A stretch of 64,000 nucleotides of DNA from an uncultured Gemmatimonadales bacterium (lineage in GTDB: Bacteria > Gemmatimonadota > Gemmatimonadetes > Longimicrobiales > RSA9), in the NCBI GenBank assembly GCA_963741945.1, contig CAVUKA010000001.1:704001-768000 (forward strand). The letters are read 5' to 3'. Made by a program: the position numbers and the translations under genes. Positions 23,074-34,784 of the stretch are shown one piece after another; positions within the stretch are counted from its first letter, which is position 1; each line of letters starts with the position of its first letter. The notes under the pieces were generated by a model. It did no database searches, had not been told where the DNA came from, and saw only the letters and a program-made list of their open reading frames with translations.

Positions 23074-23221
23074 TCTGCCTCTACCTTCGTCGCAAATTCT
23101 CGGGCGGAGCCTCTAGTCTACTCCCGCCCCTCCCGAATGTTCCGGTCGGCCGCGCTCGACGTGCGCGCGTGCAGGGCACCACCGCCTCGCACGCGCGCAC
23201 GCCCGCGCGCCCTGACCCCGT

Positions 23222-24409
<1,188 letters not shown>

Positions 24410-24519
24410 CGCTAACCCTCGAGGTGGTGTCGGTTCACTATCGCTTCAGCCCAATGCAACCAGCAGCCCGCGTCGGCCCGCCCTGGCCATCGCCGGCTGG
24501 CTTCTGGTCGCGAACAACG

Positions 24520-24591
24520 AGCTCGCGGCGGGGATTGAACCCGCGACCTCTTCCTTACCAAGGAAGCGCTCTACCACTGAGCTACACGAGC
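24520..24591 (-). tRNA. tRNA-Thr(GGT)
   Basis: GCTCGTGTAGCTCAGTGGTAGAGC...CTTCC-TTGGTAA-GGAAG...GGTTCAATCC; CCA not encoded. Confidence 0.95.
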
Positions 24592-24761
24592 GTTTGCGCG
24601 CCCGGCGCCCCGGCTGGTGCCGGGGAGCCCTGTCTCCATGGCTGCCTGTCGCGGCACGGACGCGCTCTGGCACGAGGCCGTGCAGCGCGTCCGTCGAGCC
24701 GTGCACCGGAGCACCGGCGACAGCGGGCCGGGGCGGACCCCGGTCGTGAAGACAGATCGGT

Positions 24762-24790
24762 AGTATACAAGTGGGTTTCGGGGGTGTCAA
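24762..24790 (-). promoter_or_regulatory. Sigma70-type promoter of the tRNA-Thr-tuf-rpmG-secE-nusG operon
   Basis: TTGACA (24790-24785)-N17-TATACT (24767-24762). Confidence 0.85.
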
Positions 24791-24939
24791 CACCACGCAT
24801 CGAGGCGCGGCGCTCCCGGTTCGAAGAGGGTCCGGCAAAGGGAGCACGGTCGGGGGCGGCGGTGTACGTTCAGAGTGGAACCCGACTTGCTATGGCGGCC
24901 TGGTGGAACGGACCTGGGACGGTGCTGAATGGGTGTTGA

Positions 24940-26705
24940 ATGAGAAAACGAGTGCGCGCGGGCTCGCCCATCCGGTGGACGGGGGTGGTGCTGCTCGGAG
25001 TGGGGCTGGCGGGTGCATGCGACAACGGGACCGCGCCGCCGGTGGTGCCGCCCGCCCCGAGCGAAGTGACGGCTACGCCGGTCTCGATGACCTCCATGAC
25101 CGTGAGCTGGACGCTCCCCGGCGGCGAGAACGCGGACGCCTTCATTCTGCAGCGGTCGCGGAACGCGCTCGCATTCGTCCCGGTGGACACGGTGGGGGGG
25201 ATGTCCGCACGTACGTGGACACCCTGCTCACCGCCGACACGCAGTACCGCTACCGTGTGCAGGCGTGCAACGGAACGCTCTGCTCGGATTTCAAGACATC
25301 GCTGCCCGCGCGCACGTTCGCGGAGCTGGCGATCACCACGGACTCCCTGCCGTTCGCGGTGGTGGGGTATCCGTACTCGGTGGCGATCCACGGGGACGGT
25401 GGGGACGGGTCGTACTCCTGGCGCGTGAGCGCGGGCTCGCTGCCGGCCGGGCTGGCGCTGAACACGGGCGAATCACCCACGCCGGAGCCGCACGGCGCCA
25501 TCATCTCGGGGACGCCCCAGACCGCGCAGACGGCGGTGTTCACGGTGGAGCTCGAGAGCGGTGACGAGCAGCTGGCGCATCGCGGGTACGTCATCCAGGT
25601 GCTGGCGCAGCCCGCCCCGGTGGCTGTGACGACGCTGGTGCTGCCGCCAGTCGTGGCGAGCGGTCGCTATGAGGCGCAGCTGCACGCGTCGGGAGGGATC
25701 GGAAGCGGCTTCACGTGGTCGGTAGTCGCCGGGTCGCTCCCTGCGGGACTGACGCTGACGCCAGACGGCATGATCCACGGCACGCCGGCGGCCCCGGACA
25801 CGGCCACGTTCACGGTGCGGGCGGCGAGCGGCGGGGAGGCCGGGGAGTCCACGTTCGACATTGCCGTGGTGCCCAACCACCCGGACCGCTACGACATCAC
25901 GCCCTTCCCCGTGGTCCCGATCCCGGCCAACATCCAGCCGCACGTGGATTCGGCGGTGGCGCGATGGGAGGAGGCCATCACGGGCGACGTCCCGAACGAC
26001 ACGGTGCCCGCGGGCTTCTTCGACCCGAACTACTGCGGCGGGTTCGGCGACGCTGCGAACGGCACCACGGTGGAGGACGTGATGGTGCTGATCAACATCG
26101 CCCCGATCGACGGCGCGGGTCAGGTGCTGGGACAGGCCGGTCCGTGCGCGCTGCGGGGCGGAAGCAGCCTGCCCGTGGTCGGGATCCTGACGCTCGACGT
26201 CGCCGACCTCCAGCCGCTGGTGGGGACGAACACGCTCACGGACATCATCTTCCACGAGATCGGCCACATTCTCGGGTTCGGCACACTGTGGAGTCGCCTG
26301 AACCTGATCAACGGGGCGGGCGGCCCCGTGCCCACGTACACCGGGGCGGAAGCGGTGGCGCAGTACCATGCCCTGGGCCGGACGGGGAACATCCCGCTGG
26401 AGACGACGGGCGGAGAGGGAACGCGCGACGCCCACTGGAGCGAAGCCGTGTTCGATCGCGAGATCATGACCGGCTACGCGGAGCAGACGGGCGTACCGGA
26501 GCCGTTGAGCAAGATGACCATCGCATCGTTCGCGGACCTGGGATACCAGGTGAACCTGGGCGCGGCGGATCCGTACAGCCTGGCCGCCGGCGTGCAGAGC
26601 GAGGCCGCGCGGGAGCGGCCGGACCTGGGCCGTGACCTGCTCTACACCGGCCCCGTGCTGGTGCTCGGGAAGGACGGACGCGTGGAGACCATCCACCTGC
26701 GATGA
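24940..26705 (+). CDS. Lipoprotein: FN3 + two putative-Ig domains + leishmanolysin-like (M8) Zn peptidase; frameshift at G7 tract 25194-25200
   Basis: Lipobox LAGAC and FN3 start in frame 24940; frame 24771 continues DVRTYVDT...QYRYRVQACN, GSLPAGL repeats, HEIGHILGFG, AHWSE..FDREIMTG. Confidence 0.8.
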
Positions 26706-26727
26706 ACGCCACGAAGGAAGGCAGACC

Positions 26728-27207
26728 ATGAGACGACCCATGCGGGCAGCCGCCGGAGCCGCGGGGCTTGCCGTGGCGTCCGTCGCCCTGCTCGGGGCGT
26801 GCGCCAGCGCCGAAACGAAGCTGTCCGCCCAGGAGATCGCGGGCTGCTATTATTTCGAGCGGACGCCCGCGGCGGACTCCCTGGGACTTCCCTGGGGCGT
26901 GCGCCTCACCGATCGGCCGCTGGAAGGCTGGCCCGCCATGGCGCCGCGCAACCCGAAGCTCGCCACCACGCTCGCGCCGGGCGGCGATCAGGACTTCCCG
27001 TTCGGCTACTGGCTCGTGGCCGATTCAGACTCCCTGGAGATCGGCTATCCCGGCGGTGGCGGGATCGTGGTCCACGTCGCCCCGGAAGGACAGGAGCTGA
27101 TCGGGAGCGCGCGGCCCGTGGGCGATGCGCTTCCGCCCGGCGCCCTGCCGGGCTCGCCCGCCACCCGGACCGTGACGCTGAAGCACGCGCTCTGCCCGGA
27201 GAAATGA
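26728..27207 (+). CDS. Hypothetical lipoprotein
   Basis: Lipobox LLGAC; RBS GAAGGAAGG. Confidence 0.75.
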   Translation: MRRPMRAAAGAAGLAVASVALLGACASAETKLSAQEIAGCYYFERTPAADSLGLPWGVRLTDRPLEGWPAMAPRNPKLATTLAPGGDQDFPFGYWLVADSDSLEIGYPGGGGIVVHVAPEGQELIGSARPVGDALPPGALPGSPATRTVTLKHALCPEK

Positions 27208-27236
27208 GGGGCAGGGCGAGGAGGGCGGTGGGGGCG

Positions 27237-27464
27237 TCAGTCCAGGTCGGCGGGGTCGTCGTCGCTCCACGACAGCGTGATCTCCGCCGATGAGCTGTCC
27301 ACCAGCGCGCCATGCCGCCCCGGATGCCCACGCATCCGCTGACAGCGGACGCCCTCCAGCAGCGGGTGGGCGCAGGCGCACAGCGCTGCGTCCGGCTCGT
27401 CGTCCGCCCTGCCGGCGCCAGCCGTCCCCGGGACCGGCGCATCACCCTGGAAGTCCATCGCCAC
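27237..27464 (-). CDS. Possible small Cys/His-rich protein
   Basis: C-A-C...C-x4-GH-P-G-R-H motif; TACAAT just upstream; fills an intergenic gap. Confidence 0.35.
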   Translation of the reverse strand: MAMDFQGDAPVPGTAGAGRADDEPDAALCACAHPLLEGVRCQRMRGHPGRHGALVDSSSAEITLSWSDDDPADLD

Positions 27465-27493
27465 CCATCGACCGTGGAACAGGGGGTCATTGT

Positions 27494-27536
27494 AGCCGAA
27501 GCCCCGGCATCGCGCAGCGACCCCGGGGCTTCGGCT
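27494..27536 (-). terminator. Hairpin downstream of tRNA-Gly
   Basis: 14-bp arms AGCCGAAGCCCCGG / CCGGGGCTTCGGCT. Confidence 0.65.
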
Positions 27537-27544
27537 TCCTTCAG

Positions 27545-27618
27545 AGCGGGAGACGGGACTCGAACCCGCGACCCTCAGCTTGGAAGGCTGATGCTCTAGC
27601 CAACTGAGCTACTCCCGC
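27545..27618 (-). tRNA. tRNA-Gly(TCC)
   Basis: GCGGGAGTAGCTCAGTTGGCTAGAGCA-TCAGC-CTTCCAA-GCTGA...GGTTCGAGTCC. Confidence 0.96.
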
Positions 27619-28048
27619 GACCAGCCGAATCGTATTGCGGCGCGCGGACTTGAGACACCTGATGCATGTCACCGTGTCTGTCACCAGACCGTCGTCCACG
27701 CCCGCATTACGGTCGCTGCATCCCGTCCCCGGCGCAAGCCCGCGGTCGATCCCTTCCGCATGTCGCTTCGTGTCCGCGAAGTCTGGCCGCTCGACCCGGG
27801 CCGGCACAGGTTCTGGCACGCCAACCCGACCATCAGCTCGCACCGGGAGACTCCATGGGACCCGCGCACGGTCTGAAGGCCATTCTCTGCGGCATGCTCG
27901 CGCTCGGCGCTATCATAGCGGCGGCGCATGCGGGGCGGGTGTGAAGGAGCCGCGCACGCTTCGTGCGTCGAGACGTATCCGCATAACCGCAGGATATCGA
28001 GTTCCCGTGAATCCAGCTTCCACGCACGCACAGCATCGGGAGGAGACG

Positions 28049-31000
28049 GTGTACGTACACCGGCATAGCAGGAGAGGTGGGTCTTGTGGCCGGACGCACC
28101 GGGCCCTCCTGGTGGCACTGGCGGTGCTTTCACTGCTCGCGTCCCCGGTGGCCGCGCAGATGGGCGAAGGGATCGGTCTCGGTGTTGCGCCGACGGCGGA
28201 GCGAATCTACTGGCACAGGGATCTGGCGCTGGTGGATTCGTGGTACTACGGGGGTGGTGCCACCCTGAGCTTCGGTGAGTACGTGGCGCTCCAGGGCTAC
28301 TACCTGCAGGGCGACAACGTGGAGCATTCCCAGTTCGGCAAGCTCGAGCGGGCGCGGCGGTACGGCGGAGACGTGGCATTCACGTTCGCGGACAGGCGCC
28401 TGATGCCATTCCTGCGGCTGGGCGCGGGCATCAGCGATTTCGAGCTCCCGGATGGGGGGACAGCGGCGGAACTCCTGACTGCGACCGGTGCGGCGGGGAT
28501 CCGGCTCCGGCTGTTCGAGCGGATCCACACGCACGTGTTCGCGCAGGACGTGCTGTTCCGGGCGTCATCGAGCTCGCCGCTCGTCGAGCCGGGGGCGATC
28601 GAGAACGGGAAGACGAAGACGTTCCACAACCTCTCCATCGGGGCGGGCGTCGATTTCCGCCTCGGTGGCGAGGCCCGCCAGCCGGAGACGGACCGGGCGT
28701 TCACGGGTGGTCTCCACGGTGTGACATCGCCGCTTGAGCTGGTCGGTGGCGTCGTGCGCTGGGACAATGCCATGGGCATCGAAGATCTCCCCATGGCCGG
28801 GGTCCGGCTGGGGTTCGATTTCGGGCCGTGGGTCGGGGTGCAAGGGTATTATTTCGGCAGTGTCGAGAACGACCTGAGCGACTTCACCAGCTACATGGGC
28901 TATGGCGCCGAGGGTCGCTTCAATCTCAGCCGGAGCGACGCGGCGCTGACGCCGTACCTGGTGCTCGGAGGCGGCCGGGTCCATTTCCCCGATTCGGTTG
29001 CCGCATCGGCCGGCTTCGACCAGGACCGGAAGTGGAACGCCATCCTCGGCGGCGGTGTGGGAGTGAACCTGACGGAGCGGATCCGGCTGGACGTCGCTGC
29101 GCGGGACTTCCTGCTGACCCGCTCGGATCCCGAAGCGACCACGGCTCCGGATCAGCTGTACCACAGCTGGATGTACACGGGCGGGATCCGCATCTCGCTC
29201 GGCGGCAGAGCTGGCACGGCGAAGCGCCCGATTGCCGCGGAGACGCCGGAACGGCCCGCCATGGCGGCGGTGAGCCCGGCGGACACCACCACGGCCGAGT
29301 CTGACCTGGTCGGGCAGGTGAAGGCGCTCCGGATGGAGGTGGATGACCTCCGACGTGAGATCCGCAGGGAGGAAGCCATGCCCCGGCGGCCGGCGGCGAC
29401 GGTGGATACCGCGGCGGCACCGGCCACCGGGCCGTCGCCCCCGGTCATGGAAGCCGGCGCCGACACGGTGCCGTCCCCGGCGGCGAAGGGCCAGATGATC
29501 CAGCTGCCGGTGCTGGAGAACGGGGTCATCTACATCCGGTTCGGCGAGACGGCGGCGGTCACGGATCCGCAGATTGGACCGACCGGCGCGCGCCGGGGGG
29601 CGGACTCCCTGGTGGACGCCCGGCTGCAGGCGCTGACCCGGCTGCTCGATGAGGAGCGCGCACGGCTCGCGGCACTCGAGGCCGCGCCGGCAGGCGCGGC
29701 GGTGGAGCGGACGGACTCGATCCTGGCGCTCCTCACCAGGCTGCAGGCCGAAGTTGGCCCGCGGGCCCCGGCCCGGACTCCCGAGCTGCCAGGCGAAGTG
29801 GGCGCCGACCGGATGCAGCTTCTGGAGTCCCGAATCCTCGATCGGCTGGAAACGCTCGAGCGCCAGGTGCGGGACATCGGGCGTACCGAGCGGACGGAGC
29901 CGAGCACCCAGCGGACGGAGCCGAGCACCGAGCGGGCGGAGCCGCCGGCGGTCCGGGTGGAGGTGGCACCGCAGGCCCAGGGCGCAGCGGTCATGCAGAG
30001 CCGACGTCCCTTGGGCGTGCTCCAGGGCGGTCCGATCGGCGTTCAGCGGATCGCGCCGCAGGTCGGTGCCACTCTCAACGATCCGAATCAGCTCCTGCTC
30101 GGCGTGAAGACCGATATCGGATCCGCGTTCGGCGGGCCGATCCGGGTCGTTCCGGAGCTCACGTTCGGCGTCACGGATCCCTTCACCTGGAGCCTGAACG
30201 GTCATCTGGAATACCCGATCCCGGTGCGGGTCCGCGGTGTGCGGCCATGGCTAGGTGCGGGGCTGGGTGTGGTTCAGCGCGGCAGGTTGGAGCTGTTGTT
30301 CCCCAACGTCCTGGCGGGAGTCACGTACCCGGTGAGCCGGTACCGTCTATTCGGCACCCTCGAGGGACTCGACCTGTTCGATGACACGCGTTTGATGGTA
30401 GGTGTGAGCACGCCCGCGCCATCGTTCAGGCGTGCCGCCGAGGCGCCGACGCCCCGGCCGGAGGGCGTGGCGGAGGACACGGTGCATCGTCGGGTCCAGC
30501 CGTCGGAATCTTCAGGCCCCGCCGCCGGTCGAGGCCGGGCCTGTGCACGCACCCGACCGCGCGGAGCCGGAGGAGCGGCCGGCCGCGGTTCCCCCGACCG
30601 GGGCACAGCCGGCGCCGGAGGCCGGTGCGGAGCCGACGGCGGAAGCGGCCGCAGCGGCACTCCGTCGTGATCTGTCGGCGCTGCAGGGCGCGGCGGCGGT
30701 CTCGGACGTCAGACGGACGGACAGCGGCATCGCGGTGGTTCTCGGCGGCGGGGAGACGTTCCCGACCGGCAGCGGCGGCCTGTCCGAGGCGGCTCGCGCC
30801 GCGCTGCGCCGGGTGGCCGACCTGCTGGTCCGGCACCCGGACGCGCGCGTGTCCGTCGAGGGCCACACGGATTCCCGGGGTCCGGCGGCACTGAACGAAA
30901 GACTCTCGCGGGAGCGGGCGGAGAGCGTGCGCGACGGCCTCCTTGCGCTGGGGGTGGACGGGGCACGGCTTGCGGTAAGGGCATACGGAGAGAGCCGCCC

Positions 31001-31076
31001 GATCGCCGACAACGCGACGGCGGCCGGCCGGTCCCAGAACCGGCGCGTTGAGCTGATCGTGACAACCGGCCGCTGA
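28049..31076 (+). CDS. Large exported outer-membrane protein: tandem beta-barrel-like domains, coiled-coil linker, C-terminal OmpA-like PG-binding domain; apparent frameshift near 30517-30520
   Basis: GTG start after GGAGGAG; signal peptide ...SPVAAQ; repeated PF/PY/PW-L-x-x-G-x-G strands; +1 frame gives VEGHTDSRG..NERLSRERAESV..YGESRP..NRRVE. Confidence 0.7.
29885..29944 (+). repeat. Coding 21-bp tandem repeat (~3 copies, TERTEPS)
   Basis: ACCGAGCGGACGGAGCCGAGC / ACCCAGCGGACGGAGCCGAGC / ACCGAGCGGGCGGAGCCG. Confidence 0.85.
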
Positions 31077-31181
31077 AGCCAACCCAGGCTCAACGCACGA
31101 CGGCGAAGTCCCGGTGCAGTATGATCCGACAGTCGCCGTGCTGCTCCCGACTCCCTCAACGGTCACCCTGAAGAGGCTGTC

Positions 31182-31734
31182 ATGCTCGGCGTTCTCTCCG
31201 TTCTCGTCATCCTGGGGCTGTCGATCCTCGTCACGCGGGTGGCGACGGTCGCGCTCACCCACACCGGGCTCTCCCGTCAGTCCGCAGCTTTCCAGGCGCG
31301 CTCCGCCTTCACGGGCGTCGGCTTCACCACCCGCGAGGCCGAGAGCGTGGTCGGCCACCCCGTGCGCCGGCGGATCATCGCGACGCTGATGCTGCTGGGG
31401 AACGTGGGGATCGTGACGGCCGCCAGCCCACTGATCCTCGGGTTCGTGGATGTCCGGAACGGGGGGACCGAAGGCTGGATCAGGCTGCTGATCCTGGTGG
31501 GCGGGGTAGCCATCCTCATTCTCTTCGCGTCCAGCCGGTGGGTGGACAGGTGGATGTCCGCGGCCGTCAGCTGGGCCCTGGATCACTGGACCCGTCTCGA
31601 CGTCGGGTGGAGAAGCAGAACGGCGAATGGGCGCGAAGGGCGATCGGGCGCACCGGGAGGCCGTAGCCGAGCACGAGGCAGTGAAGGAGCGAGAGAGTGC
31701 CGAGCAGGAGGACAGGAAGCGGACGAGCCCGTAG
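31182..31734 (+). pseudogene. TrkA-C (RCK_C)-type putative K+ transport protein with an internal deletion
   Basis: N-terminus TGLSRQSAAFQARSAFTGVGFTTREAE; reading breaks after LDV (~31605); a family-like tail ERRMGAKGDRAHREAVAEH...* follows in another frame. Confidence 0.6.
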
Positions 31735-31855
31735 CAGGCTCGCCTTGGGCGCTTCCACTGACGTGCCATTCTCCTGCCGGGCTCCGGTTGGGCTCGGTCC
31801 CGCCGCCCGGAGGACCGTTGGGGCGCCCTACTGCTGGCGCGCTCCGGGTCGCTCG

Positions 31856-32611
31856 TCAGCGCGCGAGGTATCCGCCATCCACGGGGTAGTACGCGCCGGT
31901 GATGAACGATGCCCGATCCGAGCTGAGGAACGCCACCAGCTCGGCCACCTCGCCGGGCTTGCCGAGCCGGCCCATCGGGTGGAGGGCGATGAGCTTCTCG
32001 TCCATGGTCGGATCCGCCTCCATCTCCGAGATCATGGGCGTGGAGATGAAGCCCGGCCCGATGGCGTTGACGCGGAGACCCTGCTGCGCGTATTCCAGCG
32101 CGGTGTTCTGGGTCAGCCCCACCAACCCGTGTTTCGCGGCCACGTACGCGGGGGCGCCGGCGAATCCGACCCTTCCCAGGATGGATGCCATGTTCACGAT
32201 GCATCCGCCCCCGTTCTCGAGCATCCGCGGGATCTCGGCCCTCATGCAGTAGAACGGCCCGGAAAGATTGATTTCAATGACCCGGCGCCAGGCTTTCAGC
32301 GGGTAGTCGGCCGTCGGTGCCTGATCGCCGCCGATCCCGGCGTTGTTGCACGCGAAGTCGAGCCGACCGTACCGCTCGACTGTGGCTGCGACCAGTGCTT
32401 CGCACGCCTCGGGATCGGAGACATCCGCGCGGACGAAAGCAGCCTCGCCCCCTTCCTCCTCGATCCCCTGCGCTGCCGCCTCCCCGGCTTCCTCGTCCAC
32501 GTCGGACAGGACTACGGAGGCGCCCATCGTCGCATACAGCTTCGCCGTGGCCAGACCGATCCCCGATGCCGCGCCGGTCACCATTCCCACGCGTCCATCA
32601 AATTCCGCCAT
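31856..32611 (-). CDS. Short-chain dehydrogenase/reductase
   Basis: TGAASGIG, NNAG, YVAAK, DGGY. Confidence 0.95.
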   Translation of the reverse strand: MAEFDGRVGMVTGAASGIGLATAKLYATMGASVVLSDVDEEAGEAAAQGIEEEGGEAAFVRADVSDPEACEALVAATVERYGRLDFACNNAGIGGDQAPTADYPLKAWRRVIEINLSGPFYCMRAEIPRMLENGGGCIVNMASILGRVGFAGAPAYVAAKHGLVGLTQNTALEYAQQGLRVNAIGPGFISTPMISEMEADPTMDEKLIALHPMGRLGKPGEVAELVAFLSSDRASFITGAYYPVDGGYLAR

Positions 32612-32754
32612 TGTCTCTCCCGTGTCGGGTTCGGTGATTCAGCGATGGAAGAGCCGTACCGCTCCCAGGTGGACGGCCACGCCCGACAGCGCCACGCATA
32701 TCGCGAGGGCGCCTCAGACGAACGGGTTTCGCCCGTCGCCGCCATGGTGGCCTG

Positions 32755-34119
32755 TCAGGTCGCGGAAGGCGCGTCCGCGGTCACGCGACCGCCCCCTCCC
32801 GCCCGCCCCGCCTCCCCCGCCCGCACCAGCGCGTTGCGGAACAGCGGCGGTCCGATGAGCTGGTTCACCGCGATGACCGCCACGATGATGGTGGCCATGG
32901 CCGGGCCGAACTGGGGAAACCGCTCGCGGATGATGTTGGCGATCCCGAGCGTCACGCCGGCCATGGCGATGAACCCCGTCCACGCGTGTCGCTCGATGGC
33001 GGGCCCGGCCCCGGCCAGTTTCGCGCCGGCGGCCGTGCTGATCCAGAGGCTGAAGCCGCGCGCCAGCAGCAGCACGAGCGCGATCTTCCACACGTGGGTC
33101 AGTGCGGCGAGATCGAGCATTGCGCCGGCGAGGGCGAAGAAGAGGGCATAGATCGGCAGGGAGTTCTTCTCCAGCGCGGCCAGCAGGCGGGCGCCTTCGG
33201 CGGAGAAGTTCTGCACGGTGAAGCCGGCGGCCATGGACAGGAGGATGAACTCGAGTCCCGCGGCTTCGGCGAGATGGACGGAGAGGAAGCCGGCGGCGAG
33301 GACGAGCGGGACCTGGTGCTGGGGCGCGCCACGCAGCAGGAGACTGATGGTGAAGCCGAAGAGCACGCCGAGGGCGAGGGAGAGGGTGATGGTGAACATC
33401 ACGGCCTCGAGCGCGTGCACATCGAAGTGGCTTCCCGGGCGCGCGACGACCACCGCCAGCGGGATCAGCAGCGCCGTGAGCATCAGGATGATCACGTCCT
33501 TGATGACGGTCACCCCGAGCACCACGTCGGTCATGGCGCCGCGCGCCTTCTCCTCGGTGATGACCGCGATGGTCGTGGCCGGCGACTTCGCCACGGCCAC
33601 CAGTCCGAAGAGCAGCGCCGCGGCCAGCGCGACCCTCGGCTGCTGCCCCGCGAGGAAGTCGAACAGTCCTCGCCCGAGGAGCACGGTCACCGCCGTGACG
33701 GAGAATACGATGAGCAGCTGCGACACCGTGATCAGGACGATGCTGCGCAACCGCTTCCGGACGGTGCGCATTCTCAGCTCCCCGCCCGCCGAGAGCGCGA
33801 TCAGGCTGAGCGCGATCTCGTTCAGGATGTCCAGGCGCCCGATGGAGGCGTGGTCGAGGATTCCGGTCACCTGTGGACCGACCACGATGCCGACCAGGAT
33901 GTACCCGGTGATCTGCGGCAGGGCCAGGCCGCGCACCACGCGCCCCGCGAGGTAGGAGGCGATGAGCAGGTAGCCGAGGCGCATCGTCGTCCCCGCCGGG
34001 CCGGCGTCGCCGGGGATCCGCACCACGAGGAAGGCCACGGCGGTAATGACGCTCAGCGTGAGCACGCGCCCGACCATCCGACGCCTGCGGGCCCGGCCCG
34101 TTGTCAGCGCGTCGCGCAT
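32755..34119 (-). CDS. Cation:proton antiporter (CPA family)
   Basis: LPQITGYILVGIVVGP, SPATT..V, multiple TM helices. Confidence 0.85.
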   Translation of the reverse strand: MRDALTTGRARRRRMVGRVLTLSVITAVAFLVVRIPGDAGPAGTTMRLGYLLIASYLAGRVVRGLALPQITGYILVGIVVGPQVTGILDHASIGRLDILNEIALSLIALSAGGELRMRTVRKRLRSIVLITVSQLLIVFSVTAVTVLLGRGLFDFLAGQQPRVALAAALLFGLVAVAKSPATTIAVITEEKARGAMTDVVLGVTVIKDVIILMLTALLIPLAVVVARPGSHFDVHALEAVMFTITLSLALGVLFGFTISLLLRGAPQHQVPLVLAAGFLSVHLAEAAGLEFILLSMAAGFTVQNFSAEGARLLAALEKNSLPIYALFFALAGAMLDLAALTHVWKIALVLLLARGFSLWISTAAGAKLAGAGPAIERHAWTGFIAMAGVTLGIANIIRERFPQFGPAMATIIVAVIAVNQLIGPPLFRNALVRAGEAGRAGGGGRVTADAPSAT

Positions 34120-34220
34120 GGGTCCTCCCCGGTGAGCCGCAATAGTGGCCGGGCGGCGGGTCGAAGGCAATCACGCGGCCGGCCTGGCGTGGCCGTGGCG
34201 GCGAGGCCGGGGCGAGGCCC

Positions 34221-34270
34221 GGGCGGCGAGGACGAGCGCGCGGCCGGGGCGGCGAGGACGAGCGCGCGGC
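34221..34270. repeat. Intergenic 24-bp direct repeat (period 26)
   Basis: GGGCGGCGAGGACGAGCGCGCGGC at 34221 and 34247. Confidence 0.8.
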
Positions 34271-34276
34271 GAGGGC

Positions 34277-34777
34277 TCAGGCGTCGAGCCGGCGGCGGAC
34301 GCGCTCCACCAGCTCGGGAACCGGCGCATCGGCCGGGAGGGTGAGCGCGCCGGCGGGCGGCTCGAGCGCCGCGAACTGGGACGCCGCGAGCGCGGGCCCG
34401 AAGAAGTGGCCGCCCCGGCTGGCGAGGCGGCGCGCGGCCAGCGGGGGCGAGATTTCAAGGAAGACCAGGAGGACGCGGGGGTCGTCGCCCATCAGCGCCT
34501 GCCGGTAACGGCGCTTCAGCGCGGACGCGACCACGACGGCCGGCCGGTCGGCGTCGAGGTGATCGGTGATGGCCTCCCGGAGGGCGGCGAGCCAGGGAGC
34601 ACGGTCGCGATCCGTGAGCGGCTCGCCTCTGGCCATGCGCTCGACGTTCGCGGGCGGGTGGAGCGCGTCGCCTTCCACGAAGTCCCACCCCAGGCATTCC
34701 GCCAGCGCCCTGCCCACGGTGGTCTTTCCCGATCCCGCCACGCCCATGAGGAGAACGATCCGCTCCACGCGGGTCAC
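34277..34777 (-). CDS. gntK: Gluconokinase (GntK/IdnK type)
   Basis: MGVAGSGKTT, EGDALHPPANVERM..GEPLTD.DR.PW, SQFAALEPP. Confidence 0.9.
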   Translation of the reverse strand: MTRVERIVLLMGVAGSGKTTVGRALAECLGWDFVEGDALHPPANVERMARGEPLTDRDRAPWLAALREAITDHLDADRPAVVVASALKRRYRQALMGDDPRVLLVFLEISPPLAARRLASRGGHFFGPALAASQFAALEPPAGALTLPADAPVPELVERVRRRLDA

Positions 34778-34784
34778 CCGTCGC

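Noticed and set aside
34221-34270. 24-bp direct repeat as a REP associated with the RAYT
   Set aside because: No similarity to the RAYT-flanking repeats; likely local slippage in GC-rich DNA.
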